From Bacteroidia bacterium (GTDB lineage: Bacteria > Bacteroidota > Bacteroidia > AKYH767-A > OLB10): a stretch of 32,000 nucleotides of DNA. A program made the position numbers and the translations under genes. The stretch covers positions 1 through 32,000 of the forward strand of contig JAEUTI010000048.1 in NCBI GenBank assembly GCA_016788065.1. Reading direction: 5' to 3'. Of the stretch, positions 15,752 to 24,696 are shown in pieces; positions within the stretch are counted from its first letter, which is position 1; each line of letters begins with the position of its first letter. The notes beneath the pieces were generated by a model. It worked only from the letters and a program-made list of their open reading frames with translations, was not told the origin of the DNA and searched no databases.

Positions 15752-18505
15752 GTTGTTAATAATCAACTTTTGGAACCTGCCTGTAAAATTTGATCCGGTT
15801 ACGACAACGGAATAGATGCCATTTGCCAGAGAAGATGTTTCTATTCGGGTGGATTGTTGCTGAAGTGGCTTTTCAGTAATTAAAGCTCCTTTAGCATCAT
15901 ATATCCGTAAGGTTCCATCAGGAATAGTTTGCGTAAGTATTAGCTGGACAAATGTGGATGCAGGATTTGGCATTAACACGAAGCCTGAATTGGGTGGATT
16001 GGTGAGTCCGGTAAAATAGACAGGATAACAAGCCGATGAGAAAGTACATCCCGATGAATCGGTTACCTGCAACTGATACCATCCTGTTGTTGTTGCCGTG
16101 AAGAGTGTGTCTGTGGTGCCACTGCTCAGAATATTTCCTGAGATACAATCAATCCATTCATAGAAAACACTTCCGTTGTTAGCAATAAATACGTTGTTAT
16201 TCACCAGGAGGTTGGTATCCGGATAATTCACCATAAGGGTAGTTGTAATAATACTATCGCATCCGGCTGCATTGTTTAATGTATCTTTATACGTTCCGGG
16301 AAGCGTATACCAGGAAGTGTTCACCTGAATACTATCGCCATTGCAAATAGTAAATGATTGTTGTAAGGAAGTTGGGCTACATTGAAAATTGAAGTTGTAG
16401 CTCCAATAAACACATCCCATATTTGAAGTAATCATCAAAGCATACATCCCCGGATGTGTGGGAGTATATTGCGGTCCATTTGCACCGGGAATAAACTGAT
16501 TATTGGTTGCATCATACCATGAATAGGTGAGAACGGTATCGGGGAAATTATAGAAATTGACATTTGAATTAATCTGACCTTGAGCAGTTGATAATTGCAC
16601 GTATGCATGAATCGGTCGCACGACATCTACATGCAAGCTGTCGCAACCATTGGAGCCGGTAAGCATTTGCGGGACATTTATGTAATTCGAGTACCAGTTT
16701 CCATTTATCTGAATGCTATCACCAGTGCATATATAATGAATAGCGGTAGTGTAAACAGGAGTGCAGCCATTCACTACAGGTACTTCTTCAACTTGAAAGA
16801 CTTCTTTGGTAATACTATCCTGAACAAAAACAACCAAACGCAGGCGCGACACTATTGTTGAAGTATCGGTTATTTGAAAAGAAAAATTAACCGAATCAAT
16901 CTGACCTAAAGCAGGGTTACCTATGTAAGTTCCTCGTGCATCCGGAAACATCTTCAGCATGGTATTTACAAACAGTGATTCGTTACTGGCTCCTTGAGGA
17001 GGAGTGACAATTGTATCCTGCAAAATTGCTACATGAATTTTGCAACGGGCTGCTGATTGAAATTGTACGGCTGAAGTTACAGTTGCCGATATTTCACCAT
17101 GGTAACCATTTGTAGTAAACGTTGGCTGAATATAAAAAAGGCCTTTAAGGTTATAGAGGCTGTCGATCATATTCTGATCAACATGCCAGGGGCATCCTTC
17201 CCAATAATTATAAACATCACTCATGGCAAGTTTACCGTTGGCATAGGCAGAAGGGAAGGATAAGGTGTTGTAAAAATGAATCCTGGTATTTACTTCCGTT
17301 TGTGACCATGCCAGATTATATCCACCTTGTTCGAGCTTTAAATCGGAAGCTTTTACGCGGTTGAGCGCAAGAATGCTGTCGTACTTTACAGTCCAGTAAC
17401 CACAATAAGTACACCAGGTACCTTTCGACTGCTCAAACAATGCACGGCGGGGAGGTAAAGTCGGTGCAACGAAGACATCAAACTGAAATTGATTGTTTGA
17501 TAAATCGGCATCAGTATTATTATTAACATTAACAGCCTCCACCAGAATGGTATACGTGCCGGAAGTTGCCGGATTCAATGGGTTAGTAAAATTAAAGACT
17601 TGTGAATTTCCGCACGGAATATTTAAGCTGTTAAAGGTTTGTGTTTGCTGCAATACGCCGTTAACTGAATAGGTAAGTGTGAGCGTGTTTACGGTATCGG
17701 TTCCGAGATTCCTGAACTTAATTGGAATAGTATACGGGGCATCTGCAATTTCCTGATAAGGATATAACGAAGTAGCGATGAGAGCTCCATCAGTTTGCAA
17801 ATCAGTGCCGGGAGAAAATTCATAATAAACGTTATCTACGTCGTACCAGCTTGAACCGGAAAGTGAAGGAACATTAGGCGAGCCCGGAACCATATAAGCG
17901 GTTGTATTATCGATTTGAATGCCTGCCGATACAGAAATGCTTGATAAGGGATGTTTGAATGCGTCTATGAAATAAATTTTATTGGAATTTTCTTCCAATA
18001 CCACAAACCATGAAACCGGATAAGCAAATTGGTTTCCTACAGTATCAGAAAATTGACTGAACATGATCCATTTTCTTTTAGGGCTGATATTCATGCCGTA
18101 CATAGGTTCTGATAAGATAATTACTTTCGAATTTGTACCAGATGCTTTTATGCCTGTCACACACAAAGATTTATCCGGTACCAATGCATTGGGCAGCGTG
18201 ACTGCTCCGAACGGGGGAGCGATGGCTGCAGTTGTATCAAAGGTCACCACACCGGTAGATGATACTTTAAAATGAGTGACGGAGTCGCCATTGAAAACAA
18301 AAGGAAAACCTATAGGATATACAGTTGACCAAACCGGGTTTAATTGCTGGTACATGGCAAAAATTACACCTGATGCATATAAATCTTCATCAACGTATTC
18401 AGAAGGATTACCGGTTTCATCAATATGAGGAATACAACGGTACTGGGCATGTACGGTCAACGCCTGGACCAGGCAAAACAAAAAGATAGTCAGAATCCGT
18501 CTCAT
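15749..18505 (-). CDS. Large secreted T9SS cargo protein with Cys-rich repeat modules
   Basis: I place the start at Met24 of the ORF (ATG at 18505), which gives the signal peptide MRRILTIFLFCLVQALTVHAQ. The ORF itself extends to 18574. Two modules have the form C.GDSIQ(I/V)N..WY....GCDS. There is a WCTYCGYW motif. The T9SS C-terminal domain reads FVLMPNPASTFVQLIL ... GIYSVVVTGSNFTGRFQKLIINN. Confidence 0.8.
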   Translation of the reverse strand: MRRILTIFLFCLVQALTVHAQYRCIPHIDETGNPSEYVDEDLYASGVIFAMYQQLNPVWSTVYPIGFPFVFNGDSVTHFKVSSTGVVTFDTTAAIAPPFGAVTLPNALVPDKSLCVTGIKASGTNSKVIILSEPMYGMNISPKRKWIMFSQFSDTVGNQFAYPVSWFVVLEENSNKIYFIDAFKHPLSSISVSAGIQIDNTTAYMVPGSPNVPSLSGSSWYDVDNVYYEFSPGTDLQTDGALIATSLYPYQEIADAPYTIPIKFRNLGTDTVNTLTLTYSVNGVLQQTQTFNSLNIPCGNSQVFNFTNPLNPATSGTYTILVEAVNVNNNTDADLSNNQFQFDVFVAPTLPPRRALFEQSKGTWCTYCGYWTVKYDSILALNRVKASDLKLEQGGYNLAWSQTEVNTRIHFYNTLSFPSAYANGKLAMSDVYNYWEGCPWHVDQNMIDSLYNLKGLFYIQPTFTTNGYHGEISATVTSAVQFQSAARCKIHVAILQDTIVTPPQGASNESLFVNTMLKMFPDARGTYIGNPALGQIDSVNFSFQITDTSTIVSRLRLVVFVQDSITKEVFQVEEVPVVNGCTPVYTTAIHYICTGDSIQINGNWYSNYINVPQMLTGSNGCDSLHVDVVRPIHAYVQLSTAQGQINSNVNFYNFPDTVLTYSWYDATNNQFIPGANGPQYTPTHPGMYALMITSNMGCVYWSYNFNFQCSPTSLQQSFTICNGDSIQVNTSWYTLPGTYKDTLNNAAGCDSIITTTLMVNYPDTNLLVNNNVFIANNGSVFYEWIDCISGNILSSGTTDTLFTATTTGWYQLQVTDSSGCTFSSACYPVYFTGLTNPPNSGFVLMPNPASTFVQLILTQTIPDGTLRIYDAKGALITEKPLQQQSTRIETSSLANGIYSVVVTGSNFTGRFQKLIINN

Positions 18506-18611
18506 GGGCCTATTATTTAAAGCTAAAATAAATAAAATTGCCGGAACTCCACAACTATTAGTGGATATTTTCAAAATTTTCCGCTAACAAAGATTTTTTA
18601 TGGATAAGTGT

Positions 18612-18700
18612 AAGGAAAGGGGAGGTGGAAGAGAGAAGGAGAATGGGAATGAGAATGAGAACGGCAATGAGAACGGGAAAGGAAGAGAACGAGACAAAAA
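18612..18700. repeat. 89-nt polypurine (plus strand) / polypyrimidine (minus strand) tract with GAGAAY repeats
   Basis: By hand count, 79 of 89 plus-strand bases are purines. GAGAAY recurs at 18639, 18651, 18657, 18669 and 18685. The tract lies about 107 nt upstream of the cargo-gene ATG at 18505. Confidence 0.8.
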
Positions 18701-18727
18701 CGCAATTGTCACTTGTCTTTAAACCTA

Positions 18728-18763
18728 TCACAGTAATCATTTAAATCAAATAAATCACAGTCC
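18728..18763. repeat. 9-bp phased TCAxA array (4 units) downstream of the 469-aa cargo gene
   Basis: The units are TCACAGTAA, TCATTTAAA, TCAAATAAA and TCACAGTCC at 18728, 18737, 18746 and 18755. The end units resemble the last units of the 15680-15751 array. Confidence 0.65.
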
Positions 18764-18796
18764 ATTGGTGGTTGCATTCTTGGAAGCACACCCTTA

Positions 18797-20206
18797 CTAT
18801 TCCTTTACAATTTTCTTTACTATTCGCGTACTGTCCATATTTACTTCAAGAAAATAAATTCCTTTTGAAAGAAAACTTAAATTTATTGAGTGAATTTGAT
18901 TCATGATAAAGTCGTTTGCCTGTTGTGTGAAAACAGTTTGGCCTAGTACATTTTTAATAGTTATGGCTACAGTTTTCATTCCTTGGTTATGCATCTTTAT
19001 TGAAATTTCATCTTCAAAAGGGTTAGGAAAAACCGAATAATTTTCATCCACAGTTGTATTCGTAATTCCAACATTTAATAAATCACTTGCGATGGCATTC
19101 GGGAAACCATACCAGCAATTCCCATTAGTTAATACAAAGCCGCTATCAACAAAGTTGGATAAGATACCAGGTAATTCCGGATTATTGATTACTCCAATAA
19201 GTAGGGTGCCGGGTTTTGCCTGATAGATTTTACCATTCGGAGCCATTTGCAGACCTCCTAAATCAATACTCGATGATTTGCCAATTGATTGTCGTGAGTT
19301 GTTTATTATACTTACATTATTAGAGGTAACATCAAATTGAAAAATGGAATCATGTCTCATTTCAGTTACATATAGAAAATTGCCACTTGAGGAAAATTCA
19401 AGTCCATAAGCTCCAAAATCCGAAGTCCCAGAGAATGTTGGTGGAGGTAAAATCAAATACTTTTCGTTCGAGACTATGCCGGTTAAATTATCAAAATCAA
19501 ATAATTCGACAAAATTACTTGCTCTGCAGGCAAATGCAATTTTACTGCCATCAGGAGAGAACTTCATGTAACCTAAAGAATTCACACTGTAAACAGGTTG
19601 TCCTATTTTACTTATTACGGGACTTGAAGTGATTCCGGAAGAAGTGACCAAATAAGAAAACAGGCTGTCATTATTATAACCGTGAACTGTTACCCAGATG
19701 TCAGTTCCATTGGCATGCTTTACGGCAGCAATTTTTTCGGAAATTGGCGATCTTAGCACCGAGTTTTTTATGGTAACATCACCGTTTCCACCATTCAGGG
19801 ACATATCAATCAGAGAATAGCTAAAATTATAATTTGTAGTTGGAGGACTGAATTGCTGTTGTAAAGTAAAAATAAAATAGAATCCCGGATTATTCGGATA
19901 TGGTACAATTAATGCATTTTGAGTAGCTGAATTATGGCCACCAAGGGAGCTGCCATTTGGCATTATTGAATGGTTTTTATCCCAGACTGCCTCTCCATTC
20001 GAATAAAATAAAAGGTTGCCATTGCTGTCACTTATAGAGCCGCAACCTTCAATAGTGACCATTGCACTATTCGTGACTTCGGTTGGAATGCCTGAATTAA
20101 AATCTAAAGCAGCATAACCTCCAAAATACCACATGTTATTTTCCTTTTGAGCAAAAAGTAAATTGAAAATGAAAATGAGAAATACGGTAATGGTAGTTGT
20201 TTTCAT
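18797..20206 (-). CDS. Secreted beta-propeller-like T9SS cargo protein
   Basis: It has a signal peptide (VFLIFIFNLLFAQ) and the propeller-style motifs FSPDGSKIAF and MAPNGKIYQ. The T9SS C-terminal domain reads YSVFPNPFEDEISIKM ... GIYFLEVNMDSTRIVKKIVKE. Confidence 0.75.
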   Translation of the reverse strand: MKTTTITVFLIFIFNLLFAQKENNMWYFGGYAALDFNSGIPTEVTNSAMVTIEGCGSISDSNGNLLFYSNGEAVWDKNHSIMPNGSSLGGHNSATQNALIVPYPNNPGFYFIFTLQQQFSPPTTNYNFSYSLIDMSLNGGNGDVTIKNSVLRSPISEKIAAVKHANGTDIWVTVHGYNNDSLFSYLVTSSGITSSPVISKIGQPVYSVNSLGYMKFSPDGSKIAFACRASNFVELFDFDNLTGIVSNEKYLILPPPTFSGTSDFGAYGLEFSSSGNFLYVTEMRHDSIFQFDVTSNNVSIINNSRQSIGKSSSIDLGGLQMAPNGKIYQAKPGTLLIGVINNPELPGILSNFVDSGFVLTNGNCWYGFPNAIASDLLNVGITNTTVDENYSVFPNPFEDEISIKMHNQGMKTVAITIKNVLGQTVFTQQANDFIMNQIHSINLSFLSKGIYFLEVNMDSTRIVKKIVKE

Positions 20207-20381
20207 TTGCTCATGAAGCTTTAGTGTTAGTAGTATGTGAAAATAAATGCAATGTATTAACGGAAGATTTTAATAATTCCATCTGAAAAATACGAAAAAT
20301 TTGAAAACTTACCAAATTCCTGGAATTTTAAGTGAAATCGAGTTAGTTTTTTAAGAAGTCATGGTTTATAAACTGCTTCAT

Positions 20382-21098
20382 CTACATCTTGTCAAATATT
20401 TGACGAGGTATCCTCTTTAGAATAGCTGCTACAATTCCCCATCTTTTAGTCACGTAAGCAATTTTCTTTTTTTTCATTATTGCTTCGAAAATTTGTTTAG
20501 AAGCTTTCTCTACTGGAGCAACCCAGAATTGGCCATCACCTTTTGCCATAGCGGTATCAACGAATCCCGGACGAACATCTGTGATTACAATACCAGCATT
20601 TAAATTTGTTGCTTTTTGTCTTAAGCCTTCCAGATAATTTATTTGATACGCCTTGGTGGCATTGTATGCCGGTGCAACTCGATTTCCTCGCAGACCTCCA
20701 ACAGAACTAATTGCAACCAGGTGACCCGATTTTTGATTTTGAAAATAATTGAAAGCCCAGTCCGCAACACAGGTAAAACCAGTCACATTCGTATCAATGG
20801 TTCGTTTTTCGATTTCAAAGTCGAGGGCATCATTTAAGTCGCCTGTCCCCGAACTAAGAATTAGCAGGTCGAGTCCGTCCAGCTGATTAGTCAATGCTTC
20901 CAGATGTGTTGCTATGTTGTGTAGATCGGTTATGTCAAATGTTTTGGTAAAGAAGCGTGAAGGATTTTGAGCTTTCAATTCATCCAGAAATTCAGTCCTT
21001 CTGCCTGTTATTCCAACCAAATAGTCATGCTCTGCCAAAGTTAAAGCAAGTCCTTTGCCAATTCCCGATGTTGCACCTATTACAATTGCTTTTCTCAT
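20382..21098 (-). CDS. Short-chain dehydrogenase/reductase (SDR) family oxidoreductase
   Basis: The cofactor motif is GATSGIGKG and the catalytic motif is S...YNATKAY (YxxxK). The length is 238 aa. Confidence 0.88.
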   Translation of the reverse strand: MRKAIVIGATSGIGKGLALTLAEHDYLVGITGRRTEFLDELKAQNPSRFFTKTFDITDLHNIATHLEALTNQLDGLDLLILSSGTGDLNDALDFEIEKRTIDTNVTGFTCVADWAFNYFQNQKSGHLVAISSVGGLRGNRVAPAYNATKAYQINYLEGLRQKATNLNAGIVITDVRPGFVDTAMAKGDGQFWVAPVEKASKQIFEAIMKKKKIAYVTKRWGIVAAILKRIPRQIFDKM

Positions 21099-21169
21099 GC
21101 AATAACTATCAACTATTTTGACTTAAATGGTGCTCAACAGAAAAAAGTACAACGAGTGTTTTAGAGAGT

Positions 21170-21622
21170 TTACGACCCGGTTCCACCAGGAACCGGAGAA
21201 ATCTTAAAATCAGCCGACTTTTCCAGTTTATGAAACAAGCTGAGTAATTCAGCAGGAGGTGTGTTTAATTTGCGTGTTGCAATATTCAGCCATGCGCCAT
21301 CAACAGTGAGTTTCGCAGCCAGTGTACCATCAGCTTTATAAAAGTTGTTCTGTAAAGTCCATTTAGAACCATCTTCCGTCATCTTTAAAAGCACCACATC
21401 AATTCGGATGGTTTCGTTTCCTGCAATTTCCTTAAGAAAAATAGTCTCTTCCCTAAATAGAATAGGTGATACCAGATGTTTTCTGAACCATTCCATCCCC
21501 ATACCATTCTCAGCCATAAATAAAAGTCGCGTTTGTGCTGCGTAATCGTTATATGCTGAATGTCGCATGTGAACATTAGCATCGAGATCAGCCCAGCGAA
21601 TAGTGTATTCTTTAAAGTACAT
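21170..21622 (-). CDS. Acyl-CoA thioesterase, 4HBT/hotdog fold
   Basis: The N-terminal YTIRWADLDANVHMRHSAYNDY matches the YbgC/FadM-type signature (DxD..HV.N..Y). The length is 150 aa. Confidence 0.7.
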   Translation of the reverse strand: MYFKEYTIRWADLDANVHMRHSAYNDYAAQTRLLFMAENGMGMEWFRKHLVSPILFREETIFLKEIAGNETIRIDVVLLKMTEDGSKWTLQNNFYKADGTLAAKLTVDGAWLNIATRKLNTPPAELLSLFHKLEKSADFKISPVPGGTGS

Positions 21623-21643
21623 AACGGAGGAGGATGTTAGCTT

Positions 21644-22717
21644 TTATTTAGACTGTATAAATTCGAGCAGTTTATTTTTGCTGCTGGTAGTCGAAAGTGA
21701 TTCGGTCAATTGATAGTAGTCGCCGGTGTTGATGCAGTAATCATAACTGTACAAAGCAATTTCCAGACGTGAGCTTTCAACAGAAAATAACTGGATAATT
21801 CCAGCCAGTTGTTTTACGGTAAAACACTTTTTGGTACTTATGATCTGTTTTGCCAAGGTTACTTTGGTGCTGTTTACGGATACATTATTTATTGATGTTT
21901 TTATTCCTGCAAATTCTTCGGCGGAGACTTCACAAACCGGTGCAGGAGGAGGTGTGTTAATCACAGGTTTTACGATAGGTGTACAGTAAGCAATCCATTC
22001 GTTACGGTATGGGATATGTGAAAACACCTCGGTTCCATACGAGAAATTTTCCATATCATAGATTTTCATAAACGCTTCCTTCATGAATGCAAGCCGGTTC
22101 GATTCCAGTTCCATCAGTGTAGCTAATTTCATAAGCTGTCCCATGCTGAAACAATTTCCTGCTGCTATCAGTCTCATGGCCTCGCTGCGGCGGGATGCAT
22201 CATTTTGCTGAACCAACACAGGCTTAACTATGAATTCAAAATCTTTATCTGCTAAAGGCAATGAGCAACCTTTCACACCATTATATACACCCGGCATTGG
22301 GTAGGAGAGGTCGGGGTACCAGTTGGAAGGCTCCGGAGGCACCGGATCGGAATTAATTTCTGGACGATTTACAAAATCATATAAACGAATGGCATTACTC
22401 AATTTGGTGAAAGCATCATATACATCATAGAAATTCTTCGGATCGTAATTTCTGCGGGAAGCCTTTTTACAAAATTCAAATCTGTAATAATCGCCGGCAA
22501 AGACAATGGCCATATCCCTGATTTGGGCACTGAGCAGACAGGAATTGGGTAAGAACGTTTTTACGAATTGCATCTTAGCCTGATCATTAGGCTGCAAGGC
22601 CAGCTGATTTAATTGTTGCTTGAATTGCGCCTGAGTCATTGGCTGTGCACAATTTTGAGCCGACATCCATAAAGGAAGTATGCTCATCAGAAATACCAGA
22701 ATTTTAGTCTTTAACAT
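21644..22717 (-). CDS. Secreted protein with three tandem ~90-aa repeats (DUF4476-like)
   Basis: It has a signal peptide (LPLWMSAQ). Three repeats each contain a C(F/L)..xQ(L/I)..(L/I)...(F/L)..ES.RL...... pattern. The family name is from memory only. Confidence 0.5.
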   Translation of the reverse strand: MLKTKILVFLMSILPLWMSAQNCAQPMTQAQFKQQLNQLALQPNDQAKMQFVKTFLPNSCLLSAQIRDMAIVFAGDYYRFEFCKKASRRNYDPKNFYDVYDAFTKLSNAIRLYDFVNRPEINSDPVPPEPSNWYPDLSYPMPGVYNGVKGCSLPLADKDFEFIVKPVLVQQNDASRRSEAMRLIAAGNCFSMGQLMKLATLMELESNRLAFMKEAFMKIYDMENFSYGTEVFSHIPYRNEWIAYCTPIVKPVINTPPPAPVCEVSAEEFAGIKTSINNVSVNSTKVTLAKQIISTKKCFTVKQLAGIIQLFSVESSRLEIALYSYDYCINTGDYYQLTESLSTTSSKNKLLEFIQSK

Positions 22718-22775
22718 ATAATAGTATTCAGATTAAGGGATTTATTGCTGTGAAAGTCTATCAAGACTCTATTAA

Positions 22776-23201
22776 TCAGTATGTTGGAAGCTTAACATCA
22801 TCCTTGACCAGGAAAGCACCTCCATAAACCGATTGAATCTCTTTAAGGAATTTCATGGCTTCCAGACGGGTTTTGAAATCGCCGACCCTGATTTTGAAAT
22901 TCGGTTGTTGGTACGACAAATACGCGCCGGTTTTAGGAAAAAGTTGCAGAAATTCGGTTTTGACCTCGGTTGCTTTGGCTCTTTGGGATCCAAAATAAAT
23001 CTGAACCCGATATCCGGGCATCGTCCGTTTTACCTGACTTATGGCGATGTGCCGGTTCATTAAAACTTTCACCAAACTATCCTGAGAAGCCACTGAATAC
23101 TGAGCTTCAGCGGAATTTCCGGACAAAAGAAATGCGAAAAAAAGGAGAATCGGGAGGGTTTTCATGAGCAACAAAAATAAACTATTAAACTTTACCATCA
23201 T
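22776..23201 (-). CDS. SPOR domain-containing protein
   Basis: The C-terminal GYRVQIYFGSQRAKATEVKTEF...FKIRVGDFKTRLEAMKFLKEIQ matches the SPOR pattern. The true start is probably Met13 (ATG at 23165), which gives the signal peptide MKTLPILLFFAFLLSGNSAEA. Confidence 0.65.
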   Translation of the reverse strand: MMVKFNSLFLLLMKTLPILLFFAFLLSGNSAEAQYSVASQDSLVKVLMNRHIAISQVKRTMPGYRVQIYFGSQRAKATEVKTEFLQLFPKTGAYLSYQQPNFKIRVGDFKTRLEAMKFLKEIQSVYGGAFLVKDDVKLPTY

Positions 23202-23359
23202 AAAGGTGAAATTGGAAAAACGTAAGATGATGATTACCTAAACAGTTGATCTGTATTATTTTGGGGGTAAAACAACAAAATATTGGTCGTTTTGTTATTT
23301 AGAATCATTTTAAATTACAAAACTCTGACAAGTGTTTTTCAAATCATAAATGTTTGTCT

Positions 23360-23367
23360 TAAATTTG
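23360..23367 (+). promoter_or_regulatory. Candidate Bacteroidota -7 promoter element upstream of actA
   Basis: TAAATTTG matches the TAnnTTTG consensus and lies 59 nt upstream of the actA ATG. I could not find a well-spaced TTTG -33 element. Confidence 0.3.
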
Positions 23368-23425
23368 CCCACCCCTTATAGGGGTAGTGTGTCTATTATC
23401 CTGCATTCATAATTAAAACGATCCT

Positions 23426-24670
23426 ATGAAAGGTAGCGTGTTCACCTCTAAAGTCACGTCGGTTTGTCTCATTTTTTTCGCCCTGATTTTCTTCTCGGTA
23501 AAGAACGTCCATGCACAACCCGACGGTGCATCCCTTTTCAAAGCTCAATGTGCTCAGTGTCACAGTGTTGGCTCCAATAAGGTTATTGGTCCCGGTCTGA
23601 AAGACGTGCACACCCGGAGAAATGAAGAGTGGTTGCTTAAATGGACCAAGAACTCACAGGGGGTTATCAAATCCGGTGATGCTTATGCTGTTAAGCTTTA
23701 CAATGAGTACAATCAGACAGCGATGCCATCATTTGCATTGTCAGATGATGAGATCAAATCGATTTTTGCATATATAAAAGCCGAAGGTGAAAAAGCGGCT
23801 GCTGCTCCTGCTCCGGGTGCTGCTGGTCCTGCGGGTGCTAAGGCTGAGGAGCCAGGTTTCCCATGGATGCTAACCATGATTTTTGTAATTCTGGGCGTTT
23901 TATATCTGGTACTTGGAAAAGTTAAAGAAGGTCTCGAGCGCGCTTTACGTGCAAAACAAGGTCTTCCTGAGCCAGTTCCTGTAACATCTAAACAAGCATC
24001 TAAAAACTGGATTCGCGGAAACAAGAAACTTATTGCTGTGATGTTCGTGATTTTCGCAGTATGGGGTTCCGTAAAAGGCTGGAACGCATTAGCCGGAATC
24101 GGTGTTTCTCAGAATTACGCCCCTGAGCAACCAATTAAATTTTCACATAAATTACACGTTGGACAGAATGGTATTTCCTGTGTTTATTGCCACTCCGGAG
24201 CTGAAAAGAGCCGTCATGCCAATATTCCTTCACCAAACGTTTGTATGAACTGCCACAAGTATGTTCAGCAAGGACCAACTTATGGTACTACAGAAATTGC
24301 TAAAATTTATGCTGCTCTCGATTACGATCCGAACACACAAAAGTATGGACCGAATCCAAAGCCAATCAAATGGGTGCAGATTCACAACTTACCTGACTTA
24401 GCTTATTTCAACCACGCGCAACACGTAACAGTAGGTCAGATTGAATGTCAGACATGCCATGGTCCGGTAGAAGAAATGGAAGTAGTAAAACAATTCTCTC
24501 CTCTTACTATGGGATGGTGTATCGATTGCCACCGCACTACAGAAGTGAAGATGGAAGGCAATGCTTACTATACAGAATTACACGATAAACTTAAAAAGCA
24601 ATATGGTCCAGAAGCTAAACTGACGGTTGATAAAATCGGTGGTTTGGAATGTGCCCGTTGCCACTATTAA
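23426..24670 (+). CDS. actA: Alternative complex III subunit ActA (multihaem cytochrome c) with an N-terminal monohaem cytochrome c domain
   Basis: There are six CxxCH motifs: CAQCH, CVYCH, CMNCH, CQTCH, CIDCH and CARCH. The layout is a signal peptide, an Ala/Pro linker (AAAAPAPGAAGPAGA) and two TM helices ahead of the pentahaem part. It is the first gene of the act operon. Confidence 0.85.
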   Translation: MKGSVFTSKVTSVCLIFFALIFFSVKNVHAQPDGASLFKAQCAQCHSVGSNKVIGPGLKDVHTRRNEEWLLKWTKNSQGVIKSGDAYAVKLYNEYNQTAMPSFALSDDEIKSIFAYIKAEGEKAAAAPAPGAAGPAGAKAEEPGFPWMLTMIFVILGVLYLVLGKVKEGLERALRAKQGLPEPVPVTSKQASKNWIRGNKKLIAVMFVIFAVWGSVKGWNALAGIGVSQNYAPEQPIKFSHKLHVGQNGISCVYCHSGAEKSRHANIPSPNVCMNCHKYVQQGPTYGTTEIAKIYAALDYDPNTQKYGPNPKPIKWVQIHNLPDLAYFNHAQHVTVGQIECQTCHGPVEEMEVVKQFSPLTMGWCIDCHRTTEVKMEGNAYYTELHDKLKKQYGPEAKLTVDKIGGLECARCHY

Positions 24671-24696
24671 TTTCAGATACAACCCTTCATACAGAT

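Noticed and set aside
18506-18574. Upstream extension of the 941-aa ORF (MKISTNSCGVPAILFILALNNRP)
   Set aside because: Starting at the internal Met (ATG at 18505) gives a canonical signal peptide ending AQ. The extension adds a non-signal-like prefix.
18558-18740. 60-aa minus-strand ORF upstream of the 941-aa gene
   Set aside because: It is a translation of the polypyrimidine tract (ILIPILLLSS...) and overlaps the dubious N-terminal extension of the cargo ORF. It looks like a low-complexity artefact.
24649-24696. N-terminal extension of the actB ORF overlapping the actA 3' end
   Set aside because: MEKKYWKGVEELRND at 24697 is the conserved-looking start ahead of the Tat motif. The extension overlaps the last haem motif and stop of actA.
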